From: an uncultured bacterium | GTDB lineage: Bacteria; Patescibacteriota; Minisyncoccia; Phycocordibacterales; Phycocordibacteraceae | Assembly (NCBI GenBank): GCA_963851445.1 | Contig: CAWKPH010000001.1 | Coordinates: 159,943-223,942, forward strand | Direction of reading: 5' to 3' | Length of the DNA stretch: 64,000 bases | Shown here: in pieces, positions 28,761 to 38,429 of the stretch | How the letters are laid out: every line of letters begins with the position of its first letter | How positions within the stretch are numbered: the stretch's first letter is position 1 | The notes under the pieces: generated by a model | The model's input: the letters and a program-made list of their open reading frames with translations, nothing else | What the model was told of the DNA's origin: nothing | Database searches by the model: none | Translations under genes and position numbers: made by a program

Positions 28761-30154
28761 ATTTTCTTCACTCCTTCCTTGGTGATCATAAAACTCTCGC
28801 CCTTCACAGGGACGTACGCCTGTGCACCGAGGTAGTCATGAATGCGCTGCGCAAGGAAGCGGGCAGAGGAGGGTTCGCCTAGCGCCACGAAGAAATTCTT
28901 AGTTTTACCACCTGACTCAGGTTGAGCAGCATGGGCGAATTCGAGAAGCTCGTCGCGATCAGCATGCGCTGACCACCCCACAAAGGTCTCTATTTTGGCG
29001 CGTACGGAGACGTCATAGCCTTCTATGCGAACTGTTGGTGCCCCGTCCTGAAGCATGCGCCCGGGGCTTCCTGGAGCCTGGTAGCCTACAATGAAAAGCG
29101 TGGTCGAGGCATCGGGTAGATATTTCTGCTCCCAGCGCCCAATGCGTCCCCCATGACTCATGCCAGCACCTGCCATGATTATTTTTGGGTTTGGAGCTTT
29201 TTCTATCTCTTGAGACTCTTCGCGTCGGAGAGTCTCGTGGAGAAATGGAAATTTGAATAGTTCATGTCGTTGTTTTAATTCATCTTCCGCTTCCGGTTTG
29301 AAATAGCTGCTTCCCCATTTTTCATACACTTCAGTAACCTTGATGGCGAGCGGCGAGTCGAGGTACACGGGAATATGTGGTAGTTCGCCACTTTCCATCA
29401 ATTTCGATAATTCGTATAAAAGCAGCTGCGTTCGTTCTATCGAGAATGCGGGCATGAGAATTACACCGCCACGCTCAAGTGCACGTGTAACGGAATCTCG
29501 CAGAAGCGCAACACGATCTCGCTTGTCCTTGTTTACACGATCACCATAGACACTTTCCATGAGGACTGCATCAGCGTCAGTGATAGATTCCCAATTGGGC
29601 AAGTAGGGTGAGGGTGAGTTTCCGATATCGCCCGTGAGTGCGAGTGTCGTACCATCTTCATCCTTCACTCGTACACTCGCGGAACCAAGAATGTGACCCG
29701 TAGGTCGCAGCAGCACCGAAAGTCCCGGCGCCACATCGATTTCCTTGTGGTACGGAATAGTTTCGACGAGTGCCATGAGTTTACTCACATCCTCATCGCT
29801 ATAAAGTGGCGATAGGTTATATCTGTTGGCTTCTTGCAGAAGGATGCCCACCGTATCACGCAGCATGAGCTCGGTAAGATCCTTTGTTGGTTCGGTCATG
29901 TAGACCTTTCCCTTGAATCCTTCTTTCACCAGTTTTGGTGCTCTCCCGATGTGATCGAGGTGCGCATGGGTGATCACAACGGCATCTACCGATGAAACGT
30001 CATACGGGAATGGTCCGTACATCTCTTTTTGAACAAAATCGCTACCCTGCTCGATACCGCAATCAACAAGAATTTTTCCCTTAGTGCCCTCAACCATAAA
30101 ATTTGAACCTGTTACTATTTCCGCACCTCCATAACAAGTTAGTTTGAGTGCCAT
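28757..30154 (-). CDS. MBL-fold beta-CASP family ribonuclease (RNA-metabolising metallo-beta-lactamase)
   Basis: HAHLDH metal motif, beta-CASP motifs, C-terminal RNA-specificity region. 465 aa. Confidence 0.75.
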   Translation of the reverse strand: MALKLTCYGGAEIVTGSNFMVEGTKGKILVDCGIEQGSDFVQKEMYGPFPYDVSSVDAVVITHAHLDHIGRAPKLVKEGFKGKVYMTEPTKDLTELMLRDTVGILLQEANRYNLSPLYSDEDVSKLMALVETIPYHKEIDVAPGLSVLLRPTGHILGSASVRVKDEDGTTLALTGDIGNSPSPYLPNWESITDADAVLMESVYGDRVNKDKRDRVALLRDSVTRALERGGVILMPAFSIERTQLLLYELSKLMESGELPHIPVYLDSPLAIKVTEVYEKWGSSYFKPEAEDELKQRHELFKFPFLHETLRREESQEIEKAPNPKIIMAGAGMSHGGRIGRWEQKYLPDASTTLFIVGYQAPGSPGRMLQDGAPTVRIEGYDVSVRAKIETFVGWSAHADRDELLEFAHAAQPESGGKTKNFFVALGEPSSARFLAQRIHDYLGAQAYVPVKGESFMITKEGVKKI

Positions 30155-30171
30155 GAGTAGACTTTAGCATG

Positions 30172-30201
30172 AGAAAACCGCAGCAGAGGCTGCGGTTTTC
30201 T
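30172..30201 (-). terminator. Terminator-like hairpin 10 nt upstream of the MBL RNase start
   Basis: AAAACCGCAGC-AGAG-GCTGCGGTTTT. On the minus strand it is followed by a short U-rich stretch. Confidence 0.5.
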
Positions 30202-30210
30202 CTGGAACCA

Positions 30211-30370
30211 TCCATTTAGTGGCAACTTTTTGGTGCCACGTGGGTTTCCGCACCCGGCGCCATTGAAAGTGCCGACAAGCGGGACTTTGCAGGTTCGCGA
30301 GATTTAAGATTCCCGAAATATAAGCAAGTTGCGTTTTAACGAATGGCTCCAGAGACAGTATACAGGGAAA
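30211..30370 (-). other. GC-rich structured non-coding region between ndk and the terminator (candidate small RNA or leader)
   Basis: 160 nt with no ORF. Local GC-rich palindromic segments (GGTGCCACGTGGGTTTCCGCACCCGGCGCC). Bounded by the ndk stop and the terminator hairpin. Confidence 0.2.
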
Positions 30371-30374
30371 GTAT

Positions 30375-30998
30375 CTAGTCCAAAATCCCGTCTAGATTTA
30401 CGTCATACAGGATTTGCTCATTCATGAGGCGGTAGTCTATGAGTTCGCTTGGTAGAAACCAGTGCTTAATTTCCATGTCGGCTTCCTCCGGTGAACCTGA
30501 AGCGTGAATGATATTACGTATAGCCCGATTATCCATATCTGACATCTGATAAGAGTCGAGTACGTAGTCTCCGCGGATCGTACCGACATCAGAGGTAAGC
30601 GGTTCGGTACCTCCCGTCAATTTGCGCACTATCTTGATAGCATGAGCACCTTGCCACACCATAAACACAACAGGGCCGGCGGTCATGTAGGTCTTTAAGT
30701 TCCTGAGAAGGATTGTGGTGATTTCGAGCGGATCTTCTGACGGAGGAGTGAGGCCTTTTGATTTATATCCAGCGATTGTCTTCTCTCCCGTTACCGTGCG
30801 CCAATTTGGATCAAGTGTATAGTGCTGTTCTACTTTCTCAGCCGTTGGAACTGCAATTTTTATGGCAACAAGCTTGAGCCCAATATTTTCATATCGCTTG
30901 ATGACTTCTCCGATGAGACCGCGCTGAACACCGTCGGGCTTTATCATCACGAGGGTACGCTCAGTGCTTGGGTGTGGTCCGTTTTCTGTGGTAGTCAT
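30375..30998 (-). CDS. ndk: Nucleoside diphosphate kinase (with insertion)
   Basis: RTLVMIKPDGVQRGLIGEVI, TIRGD, NIIHAS(G) motifs. 207 aa. Confidence 0.8.
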   Translation of the reverse strand: MTTTENGPHPSTERTLVMIKPDGVQRGLIGEVIKRYENIGLKLVAIKIAVPTAEKVEQHYTLDPNWRTVTGEKTIAGYKSKGLTPPSEDPLEITTILLRNLKTYMTAGPVVFMVWQGAHAIKIVRKLTGGTEPLTSDVGTIRGDYVLDSYQMSDMDNRAIRNIIHASGSPEEADMEIKHWFLPSELIDYRLMNEQILYDVNLDGILD

Positions 30999-31067
30999 AA
31001 TGCTTTTTAAGTAAAAAATCGCCTCAGGCGCTAATAAGTTGAGTATAAAGGAAAACTCTCGTAATAG

Positions 31068-31841
31068 CTATTCATGGGGACGGCGTGTCAAAACAATGGT
31101 TCCCTTTTCCTCAACGAGGATGGTGTGTTCGAAATGCGCGGAGAGCGAACCATCGCGCGTACGAAATGTATATCCATCGGTGCTGAGTACGACGGAGGCT
31201 TTGCCAAGATTTGCAATCGGTTCAATCGCAAGCATCATACCTGGCACAATCTCAGGACCCGTTCCTGCGTGCCCGGTGTTTGGTATAAATGGTTCTTCAT
31301 GCACCTCACGCCCAACACCATGTCCACCTAGTACCCTGACAACGGCAAATTTTGTTCCCTTGAATGCTTCGCCTGTTGCATGCGAGATGTCGCCGATACG
31401 ATTGCCAACCTTTGCTGCCTTGATTGCTGCCTCAAGAGCTGCCTGCGTCGTCTCCATAAGTTTTCTGACCTCACCTGAAACTTTCCCAATCGCAATGGTG
31501 AGGGCTGAATCCATAATGAAACCTTTATGCATGAGGCCAAGATCAAGCGATACGATATCACCTTCTTTTAGGATACGCGATTCACTCGGAATACCGTGCA
31601 CAACTTCGTCGTTCACGGACACACACAGGCTTGCAGGATAGGCCTTTGAGGCACCATCGATCTTGTATCCCTTGAATGGAGGTGTGTCGCCCCCCTCACG
31701 AATGAGTTTCTCGGCAAGTCGGTCGAGTTCTGCAGTCGATACGCCTGCGTGTGCCGACTGTGCTACTTTTTCGAGAATGATGCCAAATCGTCTTCCTGCT
31801 TCGATAGCGTCAGCTCGCTCTTCTTTCGTTCGAACGATCAT
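31068..31841 (-). CDS. map: Methionine aminopeptidase type I
   Basis: Pita-bread fold metal ligands (D..D..H..E..E pattern), 257 aa. Confidence 0.9.
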   Translation of the reverse strand: MIVRTKEERADAIEAGRRFGIILEKVAQSAHAGVSTAELDRLAEKLIREGGDTPPFKGYKIDGASKAYPASLCVSVNDEVVHGIPSESRILKEGDIVSLDLGLMHKGFIMDSALTIAIGKVSGEVRKLMETTQAALEAAIKAAKVGNRIGDISHATGEAFKGTKFAVVRVLGGHGVGREVHEEPFIPNTGHAGTGPEIVPGMMLAIEPIANLGKASVVLSTDGYTFRTRDGSLSAHFEHTILVEEKGTIVLTRRPHE

Positions 31842-31843
31842 AC

Positions 31844-32425
31844 TTAGATGCTGAGAGCTTCCTTTATATCGCTCGCTACCTTTTCTGGTGTTTGTTCCCC
31901 ATTTATTTCTACAAGTACGTTCTGCTCTTTGAAGAGGGTGAGTGCGGGTATTGTCTTCTCCGAGAACTCCGCAAAGCGTGCACGAATTTTTGCTTCTACG
32001 TCACTGTCAGGACGATCTTCTTTTTTCCCCCGTTCAAGTTGGCGACGAAGCGCTTCGTCTTCAGAAACTGCAAGATGCATGACCTTGAAGTCGCGCCCAA
32101 GCCACGAGAAAAGTTCAAGCAAATGGTGTGCTTGATTCTCGGTGCGTCCGAATCCCTCAATGACGATTCCCTGATTTGAATCCATATTCAAAAGCACATC
32201 TTCAACAAGATAATCGGCGAACCAATCGGGCATGAATTTACCAATGTCATACACCGCACGAACGCGCTCGGCAAGAGGTCCTGCGCCGTCACGTATTTCC
32301 TTAAATCTATCTCCCGAGGAAAGTCGCTTCCATCCAAGTGTCTGGGCTAGCATCTTTGTCTGTGTTCCTTTTCCTGATCCCGGTCTTCCAATCAAAAGCA
32401 CTGCCGTAGCGGTTGCGTGTTCCAT
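31844..32425 (-). CDS. adk: Adenylate kinase
   Basis: P-loop GRPGSGKGTQ, 193 aa. Confidence 0.85.
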   Translation of the reverse strand: MEHATATAVLLIGRPGSGKGTQTKMLAQTLGWKRLSSGDRFKEIRDGAGPLAERVRAVYDIGKFMPDWFADYLVEDVLLNMDSNQGIVIEGFGRTENQAHHLLELFSWLGRDFKVMHLAVSEDEALRRQLERGKKEDRPDSDVEAKIRARFAEFSEKTIPALTLFKEQNVLVEINGEQTPEKVASDIKEALSI

Positions 32426-32475
32426 GAATATCGTTATGATTCGTTAATAGTAGCAAAAATCTATTTATTCGCACA

Positions 32476-33033
32476 ATGAAGTCATCCATCATAACGATTG
32501 CCGGATCTCTCGGGAGCGGGAAATCAAGTACTGCCAAACAAGTCGCTGATTCTCTCGGATACCGGCACTTCTCCTCAGGTGACTTATTCAGAGCCATCGC
32601 CGCAGAACGCGGTCTTACGGTCCTTGAGATCAACCAGCAGGCGGAACTCGAGCACGAGATTGATCATATAGTCGATGAGCGTCTACGGAATATGGCTTCC
32701 GAAAATGATTTAGTTATTGACTCGCGCATGGCTTTTCATTGGATGCCTAATTCATTCAAGATATATCTCTCCCTCGAGCCAGAAATTGCTGCACAGCGTA
32801 TCTATTCACAAATGCAAAGTGGAGGTCGCGTGAGTGAACATTCACAATCGGTAGAAGAAGTGCTACAAAGCATTGCTGAGCGACGCGTGAGCGAACAGAA
32901 ACGCTACAAGAATCTCTACGACATCGATGTCCTTGATATGACACCCTTCGATCTTGTTATCGATACGGCAAAGAATTCACTCGATGAAGTTGTCGCGTTA
33001 GTCCTGGCTGCCTATACTAAGCATCAAGATTAA
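32476..33033 (+). CDS. Cytidylate kinase family protein
   Basis: P-loop GSLGSGKSST. (d)CMP kinase-like fold. 185 aa. Confidence 0.65.
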   Translation: MKSSIITIAGSLGSGKSSTAKQVADSLGYRHFSSGDLFRAIAAERGLTVLEINQQAELEHEIDHIVDERLRNMASENDLVIDSRMAFHWMPNSFKIYLSLEPEIAAQRIYSQMQSGGRVSEHSQSVEEVLQSIAERRVSEQKRYKNLYDIDVLDMTPFDLVIDTAKNSLDEVVALVLAAYTKHQD

Positions 33034-34307
33034 TACTCGCGTAGTGATGCTTGCGCATCAACTTTACGCACGAGATCGAGTACCACCTGGACCGCAATGA
33101 GAAGCGCGGTACCTCCCACAAGGATAGTCGTAATACCGGTGATGCCTTGAACGATAAATGGAATGACCGCAACAAAGCCCAGGAATACTGCACCTGGAAG
33201 CGTGATGCGATTCACAATGGTGCTGATGTACTTTTCAGTCTCACGACCAGGACGAACGCCAGGAACGAATGCACCTGATTTCTGAAGATCATCGGTCATA
33301 CGCTTTGGATCAAAGACGATGGCGGTATAGAAGTAGGTGAAGACAACCACGAGGATGAAGTACACGATGCCATACTCCCAGAGGTTTGCAGAGAATGCGG
33401 TATACCACGCGGTTGCAGCAGCAAGACCTTTCACACCGACCGCAGCCAGACCTGCGAGCGCTATCTGCGGCAAAAGAAGAAGTGAGAGCGCAAACACAAT
33501 TGGAATCACACCTGTTTGAAGGATGCGTATCGGAAGGTACGTTGCAGCGCCCTGCTGCATGGCGGCACCACGTATAGCCCGTGCGTATGCAATCGGAATA
33601 GAACGTTCCGCATCAGAAACAGCAACCACCGCGTAAATAACGACGAGTGCAAGTACGAAAAAACCAAGATAAGCCGGAATCTGGGCAGTTGTTGCGGTAT
33701 AGATTGTTTGTGAAATTCCTGCAGGGATGCGCGCAACAATACCGAAGAAGATAATGAGCGAAACACCGTTTCCAATACCAAACTCAGTGATGAGTTCACC
33801 AAGCCACATAAGGAGGATCGAGCCGCCCATTACGAGAAATACGTTCGATGCAAATGCGAGCGGTGAAAGCGGACCAATGATGATGCCTTGATTCTCAAGC
33901 AGCGAAAGGAACGCAACACCTTGGAGAATCGCAATCGGAATAGTAAGAAGACGACTCCACATGATAAATTTTGTGCGACCTGCCTCTCCTTCCTCTGTTT
34001 GCATGTACTTGATTTGCGGGAAGACGAATGATGCGAGCTGCATCATAATCGATGCGGTAATGTAGGGGCCGACGCCGAGCATCACGATTGAAAGTCGCGA
34101 GAAGCCACCGCCCGAAAAGACGTTTAGCAGTCCAAGGAACTGATTATTTTGGAAGAACTGCTCGAGACGACCGCGGTCAACACCTGGAATAGGAATTGCA
34201 GCGAGGAAGCGGAATACAACAACAGCGCCTACGACAAAGAGTATGCGGTTACGAATAGCTGCATCCCCGAAGATGACCCGGAGCTTATGTATAGCGTTTT
34301 GGATCAT
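33030..34307 (-). CDS. secY: Preprotein translocase SecY
   Basis: Ten TM helices with conserved SecY motifs. 425 aa. Follows rplO. Confidence 0.9.
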   Translation of the reverse strand: MIQNAIHKLRVIFGDAAIRNRILFVVGAVVVFRFLAAIPIPGVDRGRLEQFFQNNQFLGLLNVFSGGGFSRLSIVMLGVGPYITASIMMQLASFVFPQIKYMQTEEGEAGRTKFIMWSRLLTIPIAILQGVAFLSLLENQGIIIGPLSPLAFASNVFLVMGGSILLMWLGELITEFGIGNGVSLIIFFGIVARIPAGISQTIYTATTAQIPAYLGFFVLALVVIYAVVAVSDAERSIPIAYARAIRGAAMQQGAATYLPIRILQTGVIPIVFALSLLLLPQIALAGLAAVGVKGLAAATAWYTAFSANLWEYGIVYFILVVVFTYFYTAIVFDPKRMTDDLQKSGAFVPGVRPGRETEKYISTIVNRITLPGAVFLGFVAVIPFIVQGITGITTILVGGTALLIAVQVVLDLVRKVDAQASLREY

Positions 34308-34310
34308 AGC

Positions 34311-34757
34311 TTAGACAAGCGAACCGCCGGCCGACTCGATGGCGCTTTTAGCGGACGCTGATGCTGGGATTCCTGAAATTGAGAGTGCCTTGGTGAGCGT
34401 ACCCGTGCCAAGAATTTTGGCATGAGCGACTTTGCCACCACGCATGGATATAAGTCCCTTACGGTAAAGCTCTGCGATCGTCACGGTGTCCCCTGCAGAA
34501 AAGGTAGCCTCAAGGACGCTAATGTTTACCGGCGAGTAGCTCTCGGCTACGCGAACGGTGCGGGAACGATTCTTGCCATGACCTCGAAGTTTCGGGATCT
34601 TCTTGATGATGTCGCGCATCTCGGGACGATTCTTGTGTCCTGCACGTGCGTTCTGTCCCTTGGTACCACGACCTGAAGTTTTGCCGCGCTTGCCACCACG
34701 ACCAACGCGCATAGAGGTGACGCGAGTATGGGCTGCTTTTAGGGTGTTTGATTGCAT
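34311..34757 (-). CDS. rplO: 50S ribosomal protein L15
   Basis: GRGGKRGKTSGRGTKGQ motif. Directly follows rpsE with no rpmD between. Confidence 0.9.
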   Translation of the reverse strand: MQSNTLKAAHTRVTSMRVGRGGKRGKTSGRGTKGQNARAGHKNRPEMRDIIKKIPKLRGHGKNRSRTVRVAESYSPVNISVLEATFSAGDTVTIAELYRKGLISMRGGKVAHAKILGTGTLTKALSISGIPASASAKSAIESAGGSLV

Positions 34758-34778
34758 ATATGTAAATCTAACAGAAAA

Positions 34779-35426
34779 CTACGCTGATTTCAGCTGCTTG
34801 AGGGCTTCGACCGTTGCGCGAGCAATAGTGAGCTTATTCTTTGAACGGGAAAGAATCTTCGTGACGACGTTTGTGACACCGCCGTACTCAAGAACGATGC
34901 GCATGGCGCTACCGGACACAAGACCGCGACCAGGTGAAGGAATTATTGAAACAGTCGATGATGCATACTTGGCACTAACGTCGTGTGCGATAGATCCTTC
35001 TTTTGTAAGAGGAATCGTGATCAAATTCTTTTTTGCAGCGCGAACCGCTTTGTCGATCGCGAGCGCAGTATCGTTTCCCTTTCCAATACCAACACCTACG
35101 CGACCCTTACGATCACCAATGACAACGGTGACGCTGAATGAAAAGCGGCGACCGCCAGCCATGACGCGCGCAACACGACGTACGTCTATGGTAACTTGAT
35201 CGAATTCGCTGCGCTCGCGAGGAGCACGATCGCGACCGCGACCGCCGCCACGTGCGCCCCGCCCTGCATCGCGACGCTGACGGATGGCCGTCGGCGCCTC
35301 AGTAGGAGCTGCCTCGAGAACTACCTCCTCTTCAACGGGCGTGCCCTCAGGCATTACAAGCCCTTCCGCTTCTTCGTTCTCTTGCACTGTCTCTGCTTCA
35401 TCCATAAGAGTTGTAGCTTCGGCCAT
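34779..35426 (-). CDS. rpsE: 30S ribosomal protein S5 (with acidic then Arg-rich N-terminal extension)
   Basis: ...RRFSFSVTVVIGDRKGRVGVGIGKGND... Confidence 0.9.
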   Translation of the reverse strand: MAEATTLMDEAETVQENEEAEGLVMPEGTPVEEEVVLEAAPTEAPTAIRQRRDAGRGARGGGRGRDRAPRERSEFDQVTIDVRRVARVMAGGRRFSFSVTVVIGDRKGRVGVGIGKGNDTALAIDKAVRAAKKNLITIPLTKEGSIAHDVSAKYASSTVSIIPSPGRGLVSGSAMRIVLEYGGVTNVVTKILSRSKNKLTIARATVEALKQLKSA

Positions 35427-35432
35427 AAATCA

Positions 35433-35795
35433 TTAAAAAGCAAGGCCGCCTTCGCGTGCTGCTTCCGCGAGTGACTTTACTTGGCCGGTGTACGTATAGC
35501 CTGAGCGATCAAATACAATGGTCGTGATCCCTGCAGCCTTTGCCTTCTTCGCAATCTCAGCACCAACTGCCTTTGCCTGTGCTGAGGCTGGTCCTTTCAC
35601 GCTGCGACCATGGGCTGCGGCGATAGTGTGACCTTTTGTATCATCAATGAGCTGCGCCGAGACGAAACGGTTTGAACGGAAAATGGTAAGGCGGGGGCGC
35701 TCTGTTGTTCCAGAAATCTTCGAACGGACGCGCACGTGACGACGGTCGCGAAGTTCCTTTTTGGTACTGAGTTTTGTTGTTGGTAGTTGTGGCAT
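35433..35795 (-). CDS. rplR: 50S ribosomal protein L18
   Basis: RLTIFRSNRFVSAQLIDD... Confidence 0.9.
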   Translation of the reverse strand: MPQLPTTKLSTKKELRDRRHVRVRSKISGTTERPRLTIFRSNRFVSAQLIDDTKGHTIAAAHGRSVKGPASAQAKAVGAEIAKKAKAAGITTIVFDRSGYTYTGQVKSLAEAAREGGLAF

Positions 35796-35804
35796 ATGAA
35801 AAGG

Positions 35805-36365
35805 TTATGCAGCTTTCTTACCCTGCTTACGGCGAATGACCTCTCCCTCATACGCAATACCCTTACCTAGATATGGCTCTGGACGTTTTACATCTCGTAC
35901 CTCAGCCGCAAATTGTCCGACGTGTTCTTTATCAGCGCCTTCAATAGTAATTGTGTTCTTGTTGACGGTTGTGGTGAGTCCTTCAGGAACCTTGAGTATG
36001 ACGGGGTGCGAGAAACCAACAGTGAGCACAAGATCGGTACCACGTAGTTCGACGCGATAGCCAACACCCGTAAGAATAAGCACCTTCTTGAATGGCGTTT
36101 CAACACCCTGCATCATTGATTTAAGGTGGGCGGCAAATGTTCCCGTGAGTGCGTTGGCGAGTCGGCTCGTATCCTTTGCGGCGATAACCACACCTTCGGG
36201 TGTTACCTCCATCGAAATTGAAGAATGGTAGTTCTTTGAAAGTGTTTCCTTAGGACCTTTAACGGTAAGGGTACCGTTATCGGTCGTCACCTGGACCTTT
36301 GGCGGTACGGGAATCGGTTTTTTTGCGAGGCGAGATGGCATACGAAAATAAGTAGGATGGAGCAA
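35805..36365 (-). CDS. rplF: 50S ribosomal protein L6
   Basis: Two-domain L6 fold, 186 aa. Confidence 0.9.
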   Translation of the reverse strand: MLHPTYFRMPSRLAKKPIPVPPKVQVTTDNGTLTVKGPKETLSKNYHSSISMEVTPEGVVIAAKDTSRLANALTGTFAAHLKSMMQGVETPFKKVLILTGVGYRVELRGTDLVLTVGFSHPVILKVPEGLTTTVNKNTITIEGADKEHVGQFAAEVRDVKRPEPYLGKGIAYEGEVIRRKQGKKAA

Positions 36366-36371
36366 ATGCTG

Positions 36372-36764
36372 TTACCAGACTTCAAAAAGTGTTTCGCCTC
36401 CTGCACGAACCTTGCGTGCTTCTTTATCAGAAAGAATTCCTTTTGGCGTTGAAAGAATACGAGAGCCTTGTCCGTTTTTTACGGTGTGTGCATCACGAGC
36501 TCCTACATAGAGCCTACGACCTGGTTTCGAAATTCTCTTCACATCATGAATCTTGTGCTTACCATTTGCGTCATATGAAAGAGTTACCTCCATGACGTGC
36601 GCATCCTTTTTTGACATGGCAACATTTTCGACAAATCCAAGCTCCTTGAGTTTATTTGCAATAGCTTCAATATGCTTGGAATAAGGAACAACCACGGTCT
36701 GGTTACCGATTGCGCCTGCATTTTTAAGGCGAATTATGAAATCTCCAACGCGATCAGTTACCAT
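36372..36764 (-). CDS. rpsH: 30S ribosomal protein S8
   Basis: MVTDRVGDFIIRLKNA... Confidence 0.9.
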   Translation of the reverse strand: MVTDRVGDFIIRLKNAGAIGNQTVVVPYSKHIEAIANKLKELGFVENVAMSKKDAHVMEVTLSYDANGKHKIHDVKRISKPGRRLYVGARDAHTVKNGQGSRILSTPKGILSDKEARKVRAGGETLFEVW

Positions 36765-36768
36765 ACAA

Positions 36769-37038
36769 TTACCAGGAAGCCTTCTTTACCCCAGGGACTT
36801 TTCCTTCACGTGCAAGCTCACGAAATACGATACGCGAAACGCCAAAAGCCCTGAGGTATGCACGACTACGACCAGAAACGGCACAGCGATTTTTGATGCG
36901 AGATGGCGAGGAGTTGCGGGGAAGCTTTTGTAGACCCTCATAGTCTCCGGCAGCTTTAAGAGCCGCGCGCTTAACCGCGTATTTTTCGGAGAGTTTTATC
37001 TTCTTGCGATTGCGCGCAAGTTGTGAGGTTTTAGCCAT
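36769..37038 (-). CDS. rpsN: 30S ribosomal protein S14
   Basis: [13 protein letters not shown]...[11 protein letters not shown]... Confidence 0.85.
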   Translation of the reverse strand: MAKTSQLARNRKKIKLSEKYAVKRAALKAAGDYEGLQKLPRNSSPSRIKNRCAVSGRSRAYLRAFGVSRIVFRELAREGKVPGVKKASW

Positions 37039-37068
37039 ACTAAAAAGCGCTCCGAAGAGCTTGCCTCT

Positions 37069-37097
37069 ACCATATCAGGTAAGAAATACGCTGTCAA
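37069..37097 (-). promoter_or_regulatory. Candidate sigma70-type promoter for rpsN-...-secY
   Basis: Minus strand: TTGACA (37092-37097), 17-nt spacer, TATGGT (37069-37074), about 30 nt upstream of the rpsN ATG. Confidence 0.4.
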
Positions 37098-37107
37098 ACA
37101 AAAGAAA

Positions 37108-37137
37108 AGGCGCTACCGGCTATTGCCAGTGGCGCCT
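37108..37137 (-). terminator. Hairpin terminator for the inserted gene 37120-37680
   Basis: AGGCGCTAC...GTGGCGCCT stem enclosing the stop codon. On the minus strand it is followed by TTTTCTTTTGTTT. Confidence 0.45.
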
Positions 37138-37680
37138 GAAAAAGGAATCCCAGAGAGAGAGGGCTTGGGGGCTCACGACGAGAGCGAATACGCAGCCCTT
37201 ACTCCAGTATCCGAGTGCAAGATGTCCCGTGCTATTGCCAATGACTGGGTGGTACTTGATTTTGCCAGTCTTCACGCGTAAGTAGGACGTTTTGAGGGCG
37301 CAAATTCCGGGCCGATCCGCAGCTTGTTGGAATTGTCCTGCAAATGAGAGGAGTTCCTTCTCATCAGCAGGCCTCCATGTCCTGTAAACCGAAGCGCCCA
37401 TGCTGACAGGATCCATCATTGGCAGAAGCGCGACGCGGATCACTGCGCTGCCCGTTTTACGAGGCAGCTCTTCGTAGTCTCCCGGAATATAGTCTGGATC
37501 CATTGCCACGTTGGGGGCAATCTCGTGACCTGACTTACTGTAATCCACGAGAACCAGGTACTCGTGGGGACTATGTCGCCGGTCACGACGATAGGACTGA
37601 TGTTCACATCTTGTCAGCTCGAGGAGTGGGGCCACTATCACAAAAACTAGCAAGATCGAGGCGAGAATTCGATTTCTCAT
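37120..37680 (-). CDS. Secreted/membrane-anchored hypothetical protein inserted in the spc operon
   Basis: Signal peptide/TM (ILASILLVFVIVAPLL). Has a GHLALGYWSKGCV segment (possible His/Cys catalytic pair). 186 aa. Confidence 0.5.
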   Translation of the reverse strand: MRNRILASILLVFVIVAPLLELTRCEHQSYRRDRRHSPHEYLVLVDYSKSGHEIAPNVAMDPDYIPGDYEELPRKTGSAVIRVALLPMMDPVSMGASVYRTWRPADEKELLSFAGQFQQAADRPGICALKTSYLRVKTGKIKYHPVIGNSTGHLALGYWSKGCVFALVVSPQALSLWDSFFRRHWQ

Positions 37681-37850
37681 TATTTGCCCTTCCCTATAGG
37701 GGTTTTGTTCGTTCTAAACGCATAATACTGTCAATTCTAAAATTGTCAAAATAGCTTTCCGCCCAATTCTCCGCGTGATAGAAGACGTTAGAACCTATTT
37801 ATGAAAATAAATCGAAGCACGTATAAGACTGATTGTCTGGATTAGTTGAT

Positions 37851-38405
37851 CTAACGATTTTTCCCTCTAAAGAATGAAGTAGGGAAGAATCTAACAATTG
37901 GAGCAACAAGAGCTGCTGCATCACGTTTCGCATGTCCTTCATGATCTTTGTGCACGATCGGATTCTTTTCATGCGCCAGTTCCTCAACTGTTGTATGTGC
38001 AGCTGCTTCATAGTCTAAAAGGGCCTTTTTTGCTCTTTCCCATTCAGCCACTGCTGATTGATATTTTCCATTTCCGGCTCTAAGTGGACTATCCAGAATA
38101 CTTGTGTCCCCCCCAACTCTAAGCCCTTGTTGCAGTTCCAATGCTCTTCGAGCATCCTCTTCTACTTTGACGAGCATTTCATGCGTTTCAAGAGTTCGCT
38201 CGGCAGATGCATCTTTCAATCTGGTTAAAATAGTTTCGGCAGCTGCGCGATCCTCCGCGGCTATAGATTTTGCTTCGAAGTCGAGTAGGCCAAGTTTCTT
38301 TATTTTTTCTTCTTCAGCGGCTATACCTGCGCTCTCTGAAGACTGATTAGCCTGTTCGCTGGAATTACCTTCTGCTGATTTTTTTGTAGGGTCTTCGAGT
38401 GACAT
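37851..38405 (-). CDS. Acidic coiled-coil hypothetical protein
   Basis: 184 aa, Glu/Ala-rich predicted helices. No known motif. Confidence 0.45.
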   Translation of the reverse strand: MSLEDPTKKSAEGNSSEQANQSSESAGIAAEEEKIKKLGLLDFEAKSIAAEDRAAAETILTRLKDASAERTLETHEMLVKVEEDARRALELQQGLRVGGDTSILDSPLRAGNGKYQSAVAEWERAKKALLDYEAAAHTTVEELAHEKNPIVHKDHEGHAKRDAAALVAPIVRFFPTSFFRGKNR

Positions 38406-38429
38406 AAATAAATTTTAGTCTCGGATTTC

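Noticed and set aside
30215-30310. tRNA or SRP RNA in the ndk-RNase intergenic region (GCACCA-like end, GGTTCG motif)
   Set aside because: No consistent cloverleaf (no 7-bp acceptor or T-arm pairing) and no SRP domain-IV GGAA/AGCAG symmetry. Kept only as an unspecified candidate structured region.
31039-31641. 200-aa plus-strand ORF overlapping map
   Set aside because: Antisense to the methionine aminopeptidase gene. Ser/Pro-rich low-complexity product.
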